From Deltaproteobacteria bacterium (lineage in GTDB: Bacteria; Myxococcota_A; UBA9160; SMWR01): 64,000 bases of DNA. A program made the position numbers and the translations under genes. Positions 46,742-55,420 of this stretch are shown here, piece after piece (position 1 is the stretch's first letter; each line of letters opens with the position of its first letter). The DNA is taken from NCBI GenBank assembly GCA_031405455.1, contig JANNIY010000067.1:14443-78442 (forward strand). The letters are read 5' to 3'. The notes beneath the pieces are model-generated. The model saw nothing but the letters and a program-made list of their open reading frames with translations, had not been told where the DNA came from and did no database searches.

Positions 46742-49204
46742 CTACTGGCCCTGGAGCTGCGCGAGCTCGCGGCGGGCGTCCTCCGCCTCCGGGAACGTGC
46801 CCGTCGCGAGCGCCGTCTGGAACATCTCGCGGGCCCGTTGCTTGTCGCCCGACTTCTGGAGCGCGATGCCGAGCCGGTAGCGCATCGAGGGCGAATCGGA
46901 GCGCTTTTCGACTGCCAGCTCGAAGGTATTCACGGCGTCCTTGTAGTCGCCGCGCTTCAGATAGACCCAACCGAGTGTATCGAGCACGTCGGGAGTCGGA
47001 TCGAGGCGTTCCGCCGCGAGAGCGAGTGCGAGAGCAGCATCGAGGTCGTCTCCCTGCTCGGCGAGCAGCCAGGCGAGATCGTTGCGAGCGCCCACGTGTC
47101 CGGGATCCGAATTCACGACCTGGCGCAGCCGGGTTTCGGCGCCCGCCGCGTCGCCGGTGGCGAGCGCGAGCTGGGCGGCGCGGTAGCGGTAGGGAGCCGG
47201 ATTCTCGGCGAGCTTCGCCGCGGCATCGTAGAGCGCGATCGCGCCCGCGCGATCGCCTTCCTCTGCGCGCAGCGTTGCGAGCGCGCCGTTGGTCCCCGCA
47301 TCCGTCGGATCGAGTTCGAGCGCCTTTGCGTATTCCGCCTTCGCTTCGGGCTTGCGATCGAGGCGTCCGAGCGCGTAGCCCCGCAACTCGTGCAGGCTCC
47401 CGACGTCGGGATTGTTCGCGATCGCCGCGTCGACCGCCGCCAGCGCTTCGGGCCCCTTGCCATCGGCGAACGAATTCTCGACGAACACACGCAACACGAT
47501 CTCGTTGTCACGATCGCTGAGGTCGAGCCCGCTCTTGCGGATCACCAGCAGCGCAGCCGCCGGTCCCGACGCGGCGCGTTCGACCGCGGCCAGCTCGGCG
47601 GTGCCGGCGGCGATCTGGCCGGGCAGCTTCGCAAGGGTCATCGCGGACTTCCTGGCTTCGTCCCACTGCTTGAGCGCGCTGAGCGAGCGCACGCCCACGA
47701 CGTAGAGGTCGGCGGGCTTGGGCCCGGATCGCTTCATCGCCACGTGCGTGAACTTGATGGCCTCGCCCCACTCGCCACGTTGGAAGTGCAGACGTGCGAG
47801 CACGCGCGCGGCATCGGTGGCGGAGTTGTCGACGCGCACGGCCTCGCGCAGCTCCGAGATCGCGCGATCGAAGTCGCCGAGCTGGCGTGCGGCGAGCCCC
47901 GTCAGGTAGCGGGCGCCGGCGTTGTTCGGCCAGTTGCGGATGCCCTGCTCGAACGATGCCAGCGCCGCCTTGGCGTCGCCGCGTTCGAGTTCGATGCGGC
48001 CGCGAATCAGTCGGGCGTAGGTCGGCTCCTGGAGATCCTTGGCCACCGTCTCGGCGCGGTCGAGCTGGTGCAGGTCGATGAGCAGGTCGGCGTGGGCGAA
48101 ACGCAGCTGGTCTCCAGGCTCGCCCGAGAGCTCGATCACCTTCTCGATCGCGGCGAGCGCCTTCTCCGACTGCTGCGTCTTGCGGTAATGGGTCGTGAGC
48201 AGGTTCCAGGCGCCGGCCGATTTGAAGCTCTCGACGGCCTCGAGCAGCACCTTCTCGGCGCCCTCCGGGTCGCCCGTCATTTCGAGGCGGTTCGCGAGGC
48301 TCGCACGCAGCGAAAGATTCTCCGGCGCCTGCTCTGCGGTCTTTCGAGCCAGCGCCGTCGCGAGCTCGGGCTTGTCGATCGAGTCGTAGAACTTCATCGT
48401 TTCGCCGGTGAGGAAGGCGTTCGCCGGATACAGCGTGAGGCATTCTTCGAAGAGCTTGCGGGCCTTCGCGGTGTCCTCGCGGACGTCGTTCGCGAACAAC
48501 GCCGCGGCCAGACATGCGCGCGTTGCCGTTGCCGGATCGCCGCTCGCGGCGCCGATCTCCTTGAGGTGATTGGTTGCGGCCTCCGCTTCGTCGAGCTTGC
48601 CGCTGTCGGTCAGGATCGTCGCGTACATCAGATTCACGCTGTAGTCGTCGGGCTCGCTCTCGAGCAGGCGCTCGGTATCGGCCATGGCCGCCTCGAGTTG
48701 GCCCGCGCCGAGATTTCCCTTCGCGCGCATTCGCAGCGCGACGAGGCGATTGGGATCCGCTTCGAGCACGCGATCGGCCGCTTTGACGACGGCCTCGAAG
48801 TTCTGGTTCGCGAAGTGCGTGGAGGCGAGCAGCAAGCTCGCCTGGATGGTGTAATCCGGCGACTCGGCTGCCTTCTCGAGCGGCCACACCGCACGGCTCA
48901 TTTCGCCGGTCTGCACCAGCGCGACGCCGAGTCGATAGCTCGCCTCCGGATCATCGGGCGCAACGGCGAGGATCTCGCGGAGCTCGTCGATCGATGCGGT
49001 AAACTGGCCCACGTCCTGTAGCGCACGTACCTCGGCCATGCGTGCCTCGGTATCCCCGCCGCAACCGAGGCTCGACAAGCCCCAGGCGAACAACGCGCCG
49101 CCGACCGCGACGGTCCTGCCGATTCGTCGCGGCGCGCCGAGCAGGGAAGAGCGGGACCCGGGGCACCCGGGACGGATGGACAGCGAAGCCGTGGATCGGG
49201 ACAT
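46742..49204 (-). CDS. Large TPR-repeat lipoprotein (PrsT-like)
   Basis: Lipobox SLGC; many TPRs; C-terminal NDLAW...DTLGWVY...FPEAEDARR. Confidence 0.82.
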   Translation of the reverse strand: MSRSTASLSIRPGCPGSRSSLLGAPRRIGRTVAVGGALFAWGLSSLGCGGDTEARMAEVRALQDVGQFTASIDELREILAVAPDDPEASYRLGVALVQTGEMSRAVWPLEKAAESPDYTIQASLLLASTHFANQNFEAVVKAADRVLEADPNRLVALRMRAKGNLGAGQLEAAMADTERLLESEPDDYSVNLMYATILTDSGKLDEAEAATNHLKEIGAASGDPATATRACLAAALFANDVREDTAKARKLFEECLTLYPANAFLTGETMKFYDSIDKPELATALARKTAEQAPENLSLRASLANRLEMTGDPEGAEKVLLEAVESFKSAGAWNLLTTHYRKTQQSEKALAAIEKVIELSGEPGDQLRFAHADLLIDLHQLDRAETVAKDLQEPTYARLIRGRIELERGDAKAALASFEQGIRNWPNNAGARYLTGLAARQLGDFDRAISELREAVRVDNSATDAARVLARLHFQRGEWGEAIKFTHVAMKRSGPKPADLYVVGVRSLSALKQWDEARKSAMTLAKLPGQIAAGTAELAAVERAASGPAAALLVIRKSGLDLSDRDNEIVLRVFVENSFADGKGPEALAAVDAAIANNPDVGSLHELRGYALGRLDRKPEAKAEYAKALELDPTDAGTNGALATLRAEEGDRAGAIALYDAAAKLAENPAPYRYRAAQLALATGDAAGAETRLRQVVNSDPGHVGARNDLAWLLAEQGDDLDAALALALAAERLDPTPDVLDTLGWVYLKRGDYKDAVNTFELAVEKRSDSPSMRYRLGIALQKSGDKQRAREMFQTALATGTFPEAEDARRELAQLQGQ

Positions 49205-49280
49205 CGCGAGCGAGGACCTCCGGACAACGAGAGAAGCGCTGAGTATACGCGGCACTTCGGGCACGTCGACGCGGCAAACG

Positions 49281-51563
49281 ATGTTTGTGGCGGGCGCGCT
49301 GCTGCGCGCGCAGGGTTCGTTCCGATGCAGTTCCCGGGGCCATCTGCTCGCGCTCTCGGCGATTGCCCTGCTCGCCGCACAAGCCTGCGAAAAACCGCCG
49401 GCCGCGGCGCCGGCTCCCGAACGCATCCTGCTCGTCAGCATCGACACACTCCGCGCGGACCACGTCGGTAGCTACGGAGCCGAGCGCGCCTCCACACGGA
49501 ATCTAGACGCGCTGGCCGCCAGTGGAGTTCGCTTCGACGCCGCGGTTTCCCCGGCGCCGCTGACCTTGCCATCGCACACCTCGCTGATGACCGCGCTCGA
49601 TCCCCCTGGCCACGGGGTGCGGCACAACGAGGTCTTCCGGCTTCCGGACGCGGTTCCCACGCTGGCCGAGCACTTGAAGCAGGCGGGCTACGCGACCGCG
49701 GCCGTCGTGGGCTCGTTGGTGCTCGATCGCCGCTATGGGCTCGCGCGCGGCTTCGATTTCTACGACGACCGGATGGGTGAGCGCGTGGCGGGGGGCGCGG
49801 GTTGGCCCGAACGCCGGGCAGATCAGGTCGTCGACGCCGCGATCGCGCGGCTCGCTTCGCTCGGCCCACGCTTTTTTCTCTGGGTGCACTTCTACGACCC
49901 GCACCTGGCGTATGACCCGCCGCCCGGCTTTGCGAGCGCGTTTCCGACCCGGCCCTACGCCGGCGAGGTGGCCTTTGTGGATGCGCAGCTCGGAAGACTC
50001 CTGCAGGCGCTGCGCGAGCGCTACGGAGACAGCGGGTTGTTGGTGGTTGCGACGAGCGACCATGGCGAGAGCTTCGGAGAACACGGCGAGGAGACGCACT
50101 CGTATTTCCTCTACGAAACGACACAGCGGATTCCCCTGGTGTTCGCCGGCCCGGGCATTCCCGCCGGCCGCAGCGTCGCGGCGCCGGTGGGGCTGGTGGA
50201 CGTCGCGCCGACCGTGCTCGCGCTCGCGCACGCGGAGCCGATCCCCGGCGCCGCCGGCCGCGATCTGCAGCCGCTGTTTGCGGGCGAGAGCGCTGCGCCC
50301 GCGAATGCCTACTTCGAAACGCTGGCGACGCAGCTCGATTTCGGTTGGAGTCCGTTGCTCGGTTTGCGCCAGGGAAACTTCAAGTACATCCGCGCCCCGC
50401 GGCCGGAGCTGTATGACCTGGTGGCGGATCCGGCGGAGCTGCATAGCCTCGCGCTCGAGCGCCCCGACCTCGCCGCCTCGCTCGACGCGGCGCTTACGAA
50501 GCGATTGCAAGCCTCACCGCAAGGCACCGCGACACCGCTGGCGGTGACGCCCGCCGAACGCGAGCAGCTGGCGAGCCTCGGCTATCTCGCGCCCGACGGT
50601 TCCGCCTCGTTGCTGCCGCTCGGCCAGGTCGGGGGACACGACCCCAAGGATCAGGTCGCCGTGCTCGCCGAGATCCGGGGCGCGCAAGCCCTGATGGCAC
50701 AGGGCAAGGCCGGCGAGGCGCTCGCGCGTTTGCGCGCGATCGGAGAGGCCGGGCCCGGCGTCGCCGCGCTGCGCGCAGCCGCGGCGGTCAACGCCGGCGA
50801 GCCCGAGGCTGCCGAACGCGATGCGAGGCGGGTTCTGGCGGCGTCGCCGGATCGCAGTGATGTGCGCATCGTGCTCGCGCTCGCGCTCGATGCGCAGGGC
50901 CGCAGCCCCGAGGCGCTCGCGGTGCTGCGCGAGCTTCCGGGCGATGTGCCCCTGGACGCAGGCCTCGCGCTGAGGCTCGCTGCGGCGGAGGCGGAGGCGG
51001 GCGAGCTCGACACGGCGTTGCGTCGTCTTGCGCTCGCCGTCGAGCATCATCCACGGGATCCGGACCTCGCGCGCAGCCATGGCCAGCGACTCGCCGGGGC
51101 GGGACGACCCGAGGCGGCGCTCGCGGCCTTCGAAGCGGCGCTGGCGCTCGAGTCCGATTCCAGCGTGCTTCAGAACGACGTCGCACGGGCGCTCGCGCTT
51201 CAGCGTGGCGATCTCGACCGCGCCCTTGCGCTCGCCGTGCGCGCCGCCGCCGCGAGCGAGAACGCCCCGAGCGTGCTCGACACTTTGGCGATCGTGCGGC
51301 TCGCGCGCGGAGAGGCCGGCGAGGCGCTCGCGGTGGCCGAGCGCGCGTTGCGAACCGCTCCACCGGGCCTGCGACCCCACCTGGAGTACCTGCGCGCGGA
51401 GGCATTCTTCGCGCTCGCTCGGCCGCTGGAAGCGCGCCAGGCGCTCGCCCTGGCGCGGGCCTCGGCGGCTGCCGACGAGGCCGAATGGCGCGCGGGGGCG
51501 GAAGCCCTCGACGCCCGGTTGGCCCGGCCGTCGACGAAACCAGCTTCCCCGCCCGTGGAATAG
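49281..51563 (+). CDS. Sulfatase-like (alkaline phosphatase superfamily) lipoprotein with C-terminal TPRs
   Basis: Lipobox AQAC, IDTLRADH, TLPSH, HFYDPH, SDHGE, LASLGY, then TPRs. Confidence 0.85.
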   Translation: MFVAGALLRAQGSFRCSSRGHLLALSAIALLAAQACEKPPAAAPAPERILLVSIDTLRADHVGSYGAERASTRNLDALAASGVRFDAAVSPAPLTLPSHTSLMTALDPPGHGVRHNEVFRLPDAVPTLAEHLKQAGYATAAVVGSLVLDRRYGLARGFDFYDDRMGERVAGGAGWPERRADQVVDAAIARLASLGPRFFLWVHFYDPHLAYDPPPGFASAFPTRPYAGEVAFVDAQLGRLLQALRERYGDSGLLVVATSDHGESFGEHGEETHSYFLYETTQRIPLVFAGPGIPAGRSVAAPVGLVDVAPTVLALAHAEPIPGAAGRDLQPLFAGESAAPANAYFETLATQLDFGWSPLLGLRQGNFKYIRAPRPELYDLVADPAELHSLALERPDLAASLDAALTKRLQASPQGTATPLAVTPAEREQLASLGYLAPDGSASLLPLGQVGGHDPKDQVAVLAEIRGAQALMAQGKAGEALARLRAIGEAGPGVAALRAAAAVNAGEPEAAERDARRVLAASPDRSDVRIVLALALDAQGRSPEALAVLRELPGDVPLDAGLALRLAAAEAEAGELDTALRRLALAVEHHPRDPDLARSHGQRLAGAGRPEAALAAFEAALALESDSSVLQNDVARALALQRGDLDRALALAVRAAAASENAPSVLDTLAIVRLARGEAGEALAVAERALRTAPPGLRPHLEYLRAEAFFALARPLEARQALALARASAAADEAEWRAGAEALDARLARPSTKPASPPVE

Positions 51564-51572
51564 TTTTTCCAC
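51555..51572. promoter_or_regulatory. Putative enhancer (bEBP) site GTGGAA-N6-TTCCAC
   Basis: Perfect palindrome ending 93 nt before the sigma54 site; counterpart upstream of the paralog. Confidence 0.65.
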
Positions 51573-51664
51573 ACCCGCGTCCGACACGCGAATATGTTTC
51601 CGGCGGGGAATGGAAATCTCTTCGATTCCAGTCCTTTGGAAACCAGTGTCTGGCCGCGAAGAGT

Positions 51665-51680
51665 TGGCACTTTCGTTGCA
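51665..51680 (+). promoter_or_regulatory. sigma54 promoter of PEP-CTERM gene 1
   Basis: TGGCACTTTCGTTGCA. Confidence 0.9.
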
Positions 51681-51768
51681 CGCGAATCATGAACCCCTAA
51701 ACGAGGATGTGTCTGTCTCGGCTTTGGGTGCCGTGCCGGCTGCGTCCAGGGGGTAGAGGAACACGACC

Positions 51769-52644
51769 ATGCGGAGACTATGGGTCCTGCTTGCGGCCGC
51801 GATGTTGGCCCTTGGGGTCGGCGTCTCGGCCAGCGCGAGGCCGCTCAATTTCGAGGGCACGTTCTCAACGGCCATCGGAACCGAGCTCCCCGTGCTCGAC
51901 AACACGCTCGGCGGTGTTGCGACCGTCAACAACTCGGCTGGGGCGATTCCGTCCCACTTGAACACGCTGCGGATTGCAGGTAGCCGGGGCGGCGGCGCCA
52001 CTTCGGCGATGATCGCCATCACGGATCCGGCGGTGGCGGCGAATGGGATCGCGTCGATCCGCATCAACTCGGAACTCGGCACGGGCACGTTCGCGCCGAT
52101 CTCCGGTGGTGCGGCCTCGACGACCGTGCTGACGAAGCGGCAGCTTCCGGTCCGCGGCCTGTCGAAGGTCTGCCTGCTGTCGACACAGTGCACGAACTTT
52201 CTGCCGCTCCAGCTGACGCAGCACATCGCGACGAGCGCGGTGAAGGGTGTTGGCATCGGCGGTCTGATCACGATCGGCGGCGGCACCAACCCGATCCGGA
52301 TTTCGATCGAAGCGGCGCCGTGGACGATCAAGGTGGGGACGAAGATCGACCAGATCACGACCCCGATGACGATCGGTGGCGTCAAGAAGTTCGTCAACAT
52401 CACGGGGATGGGCTTCGCTCACGACCCCAGCTCGGCCACGACCAACACGGCGCAGCCGTCGGGCGTGGTGCAGCTGATCTCGCCCATGCAGATCGTCACG
52501 AACCTGACCTCCGGCAGCAACGCGAAGCTGTCGCTGTTCAGCACGCTCCGGGTTCACTTCATCCCGGAGCCCGGTTTGCTGGTCCTGCTCGGCTCGGGTG
52601 TTGCCGGCCTCGTCCTGCTGGGCCGCCACCGCATGCGCAAGTAG
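51769..52644 (+). CDS. PEP-CTERM sorting-domain surface protein 1
   Basis: Sec signal peptide (ASA), Ser/Thr/Gly-rich body, IPEP + TM helix + RHRMRK. Confidence 0.93.
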   Translation: MRRLWVLLAAAMLALGVGVSASARPLNFEGTFSTAIGTELPVLDNTLGGVATVNNSAGAIPSHLNTLRIAGSRGGGATSAMIAITDPAVAANGIASIRINSELGTGTFAPISGGAASTTVLTKRQLPVRGLSKVCLLSTQCTNFLPLQLTQHIATSAVKGVGIGGLITIGGGTNPIRISIEAAPWTIKVGTKIDQITTPMTIGGVKKFVNITGMGFAHDPSSATTNTAQPSGVVQLISPMQIVTNLTSGSNAKLSLFSTLRVHFIPEPGLLVLLGSGVAGLVLLGRHRMRK

Positions 52645-52645
52645 T

Positions 52646-52701
52646 TCGGGTCCGGTTCCACCGGTCCCGACCGGGCGGCCACCTCGAAAAGGGGTGGCCG
52701 C
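52646..52701 (+). terminator. Tandem 3' hairpins after PEP-CTERM gene 1
   Basis: TCGGGTCCGG...CCGGTCCCGA then GCGGCCACC...GGTGGCCGC; no immediate U-tract. Confidence 0.6.
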
Positions 52702-52767
52702 CCCCTGCGCCTCCCTCCTTGCTTCTTTGCCCCGCGGGGCTTCCGGGAAGATGCTTTTCCCACTTTA

Positions 52768-52784
52768 CGGAAAAGTCTTTCCAC
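52768..52784. promoter_or_regulatory. Putative enhancer site CGGAA-N6-TTCCAC (second copy GGGAA-N7-TTCCC at 52745-52761)
   Basis: Ends 94 nt before the sigma54 site, matching the spacing at gene 1. Confidence 0.6.
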
Positions 52785-52838
52785 AGAGTCTTTCAAGAGC
52801 TTCCTTTCGCATTGCCAGCTCCATGGAAACGCCTTATT

Positions 52839-52851
52839 AATCAAGGCGTTG
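52839..52851 (+). promoter_or_regulatory. IHF binding site
   Basis: AATCAAGGCGTTG matches WATCAANNNNTTR, between enhancer and sigma54 promoter. Confidence 0.65.
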
Positions 52852-52877
52852 CGTAGTGGCACCCAGGGCTCCGTGCT

Positions 52878-52893
52878 TGGCACCAGAGTTGCA
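52878..52893 (+). promoter_or_regulatory. sigma54 promoter of PEP-CTERM gene 2
   Basis: TGGCACCAGAGTTGCA. Confidence 0.9.
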
Positions 52894-52988
52894 CCTGAAC
52901 TCGCCAGACGGGATCGGAGCGCGTGGGCTACCGTCGCGAGTCGAATCCGTCGCTAGGTTTGAAACGAATCGAAACAGGAGTCCAGCAA

Positions 52989-53861
52989 ATGCGAAAATTA
53001 TTCATGTTAGGCGCCGCGGCGCTGCTCGCGTTCGGCGTTGTGAATACGGCGAGCGCCAACCCGCTCAACTGGGAAGGCTCGATGCTTCTCGAGCTCGGCG
53101 ACCTGCCGGCGCTCGGTAACACCGGTGGCGGCGTGGCGACGGTCAACAACTCGGCCGGCTCGATTCCCGCCCATCTCCAGACGCTTCAGCTGAAGGCCAG
53201 CCGCGGCGCGATCGCCGGAACCGCGATGGTTCCGATCACCGACCCGACCGTGTCGGCCAACGGCATCTCGTCGATTCGCGTACAGGCGACGATGCAGACG
53301 GGCACGTTCGCGCCGATCTCCGGCGGTGCGGCCTCGACGACCGTGCTGACGAAGCGGTTCCTGCCGGTCAACGGCCTCGCGAAGGTCTGCCTGCTCTCGA
53401 CGCAGTGCACGAACTTCCTGCCCCTCCAGCTGACGCAGCACATCGCGACGAGCGGCGCGAAGGGCCTCGGCCTCGGTGGCCTGCTCACGATCGGCGGCGG
53501 CACCAACCCGATCCGGATTTCGATCGAAGCGGCGCCGTGGACGATCAAGAACGGCGTTGTGATCGACCAGATCACGACCCCGATGACGATCGGTGGCGTC
53601 AAGAAGTTCATCAACCGCACGGCCATGGGCTTCGCTCATGACCCCAGCTCGGCCACGACCAACACGGCGCAGCCGTCCGGTGTGGTGCAGCTGATCTCGC
53701 CCATGCAGGTGGTGACGAACCTCACCTCCGGCAGCAACGCGAAGCTCGCGCTGTTCGGTTACCTCACGGTTCACTTCATTCCGGAACCGGGCATGCTGTT
53801 GCTGCTCGGCTCGGGTGTTGCCGGCCTGATCCTGCTCGGCCGACACCGCATGAAGAAGTAG
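52989..53861 (+). CDS. PEP-CTERM sorting-domain surface protein 2 (paralog of gene 1)
   Basis: SD AGGAG, signal peptide, IPEP + TM helix + RHRMKK; long blocks identical to gene 1. Confidence 0.93.
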   Translation: MRKLFMLGAAALLAFGVVNTASANPLNWEGSMLLELGDLPALGNTGGGVATVNNSAGSIPAHLQTLQLKASRGAIAGTAMVPITDPTVSANGISSIRVQATMQTGTFAPISGGAASTTVLTKRFLPVNGLAKVCLLSTQCTNFLPLQLTQHIATSGAKGLGLGGLLTIGGGTNPIRISIEAAPWTIKNGVVIDQITTPMTIGGVKKFINRTAMGFAHDPSSATTNTAQPSGVVQLISPMQVVTNLTSGSNAKLALFGYLTVHFIPEPGMLLLLGSGVAGLILLGRHRMKK

Positions 53862-53862
53862 T

Positions 53863-53926
53863 TCAGATCCGGACACACCGGGTTTGATGCGGCGGCCACC
53901 CCGAAAGGGGTGGCCGCTTTGCTTTT
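53863..53926 (+). terminator. Tandem 3' hairpins ending in a Rho-independent terminator
   Basis: TCAGATCCGG...CCGGGTTTGA; GCGGCCACCCC-GAAA-GGGGTGGCCGC followed by TTTGCTTTT. Confidence 0.85.
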
Positions 53927-54006
53927 GGACGCCTCACTTCGGGAATCATGGCCACCCGCTCCCGCGCTTGTTAGATTCGGCCACCCTTCGACGGGAGACG
54001 CTGCGG

Positions 54007-55419
54007 ATGCTGCGCAAGTTGTTCGACTCGCCCTGGCCCTACTTCGTCGCAGCGACGCTGCTCGTCGGGCTTGCGGTGGCAACCCAGTTCGAAATTGCGG
54101 AGCCCGCCCGCCCCGAGGGCGGCGCTTCCGACATCGGCAAGCTGAGCGAACGCAAGGATCTGAACGTCGTCTTTCTGCTCGTCGACACGCTGCGGGCCGA
54201 TCGTCTCGGCGCTTATGGCTACGGGCGTCCCACGAGCCCGGAGATCGACGAACTCGCCCGCACCGGGATCGTCTTCCGGAACGTCTACTCGCAATCGAGC
54301 TGGACGAAGACCTCGATGGCTTCGCTCTGGACGGGGACCTTCCCCGCGAAGAACGGCATGTTGCGCTTCGACCAGGTGTTGCCCGAGGAGGCGACGCTTC
54401 CGGCGGAGATCCTCAAGAACGCTGGCTTTCGAACCGCGGGGATCTGGCGCAATGGCTGGGTCGCGCCGAATTTCGGGTTCCAGCAGGGCTTCGACTTCTA
54501 TGTGAATCCGAAGCCCGGTCGCGAACGTGAACAGCTGCAGCGCAATCACCCCTCTCCGGAATCGCTCTCCGGGACTGACGAGGACATCGCCGAATCGGCG
54601 AGCGCGTTCCTCGAGAGCTATGGCCGCGAGCGCTTCTTCATCTATCTGCACTTCATGGATCTGCACCAGTACGTTTTCGACGAGGCGGCACCCGATCTCG
54701 GCAATGCCTACTCCGATGCCTACGACAAGTCGGTCTCGTGGATCGATCGCCTGATTGGATCGCTCGTCAAGCGGCTCGATGAGCAGGGCGTCCTCGATCG
54801 GACCGTGATCGTGCTCGCATCGGATCACGGAGAAGCGTTCCGCGAGCACGGCCATGAGGGCCACGCGCGGAACCTCTACCGCGAAGTCGCTGAGGTCCCC
54901 TTCGTGATCGTGCTTCCCTTCCGGCTCGAGCCCGGAATCGTCGTCGAGCAACGGGTTGCGAACGCCGACATCTGGCCGACGCTCCTCGCTCTGCTGGGTC
55001 TGCCGGCCCTGCCGGGCGCGGACGGCAAGTCGCTGCTGCCGCTCGTCGAGCACGCCGCCGGCCTCACGCCCGAAGTGCCTGCGGATCTCGCATCGCGCAC
55101 GATCTTTTCACAGCTCGACCGGAACTGGGGCGCTCCCGACCAGAAGTCCGACCCGCTCGTCGCCGTAACCGACGGAAACTTTCGTTTCTTCATGCAGATC
55201 GCCCGGCCAGAGCGAGCCGAGCTCTACGATCACACCGCCGACCCGGGCGAAAAACAGAACCTCTCGGCGGAGCGCGCCGAAGACGTCGCGCGGCTGCGCC
55301 AGATCACGGACGGCTATCTCGAGAAGTCGCAGAGCCCCTGGGGCAAGGCGCCCGAATCGGTCGAGATCGACGAGCTGCGCCTGAACCAGCTGCGCGCGCT
55401 CGGCTACGTCATCAAGTAG
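54007..55419 (+). CDS. Membrane-anchored sulfatase-like (alkaline phosphatase superfamily) enzyme
   Basis: N-terminal TM, VDTLRADR, WTKTSM, HFMDLH, SDHGE, LRALGY. Confidence 0.87.
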   Translation: MLRKLFDSPWPYFVAATLLVGLAVATQFEIAEPARPEGGASDIGKLSERKDLNVVFLLVDTLRADRLGAYGYGRPTSPEIDELARTGIVFRNVYSQSSWTKTSMASLWTGTFPAKNGMLRFDQVLPEEATLPAEILKNAGFRTAGIWRNGWVAPNFGFQQGFDFYVNPKPGREREQLQRNHPSPESLSGTDEDIAESASAFLESYGRERFFIYLHFMDLHQYVFDEAAPDLGNAYSDAYDKSVSWIDRLIGSLVKRLDEQGVLDRTVIVLASDHGEAFREHGHEGHARNLYREVAEVPFVIVLPFRLEPGIVVEQRVANADIWPTLLALLGLPALPGADGKSLLPLVEHAAGLTPEVPADLASRTIFSQLDRNWGAPDQKSDPLVAVTDGNFRFFMQIARPERAELYDHTADPGEKQNLSAERAEDVARLRQITDGYLEKSQSPWGKAPESVEIDELRLNQLRALGYVIK

Positions 55420-55420
55420 A

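Noticed and set aside
52857-52872. Extra TGGCAC upstream of promoter 2
   Set aside because: No TTGC at the -12 position
51769-53861. Diversity-generating retroelement or shufflon explanation for the repeated blocks
   Set aside because: No reverse transcriptase or recombinase nearby; differences are not adenine-specific; both copies are intact genes
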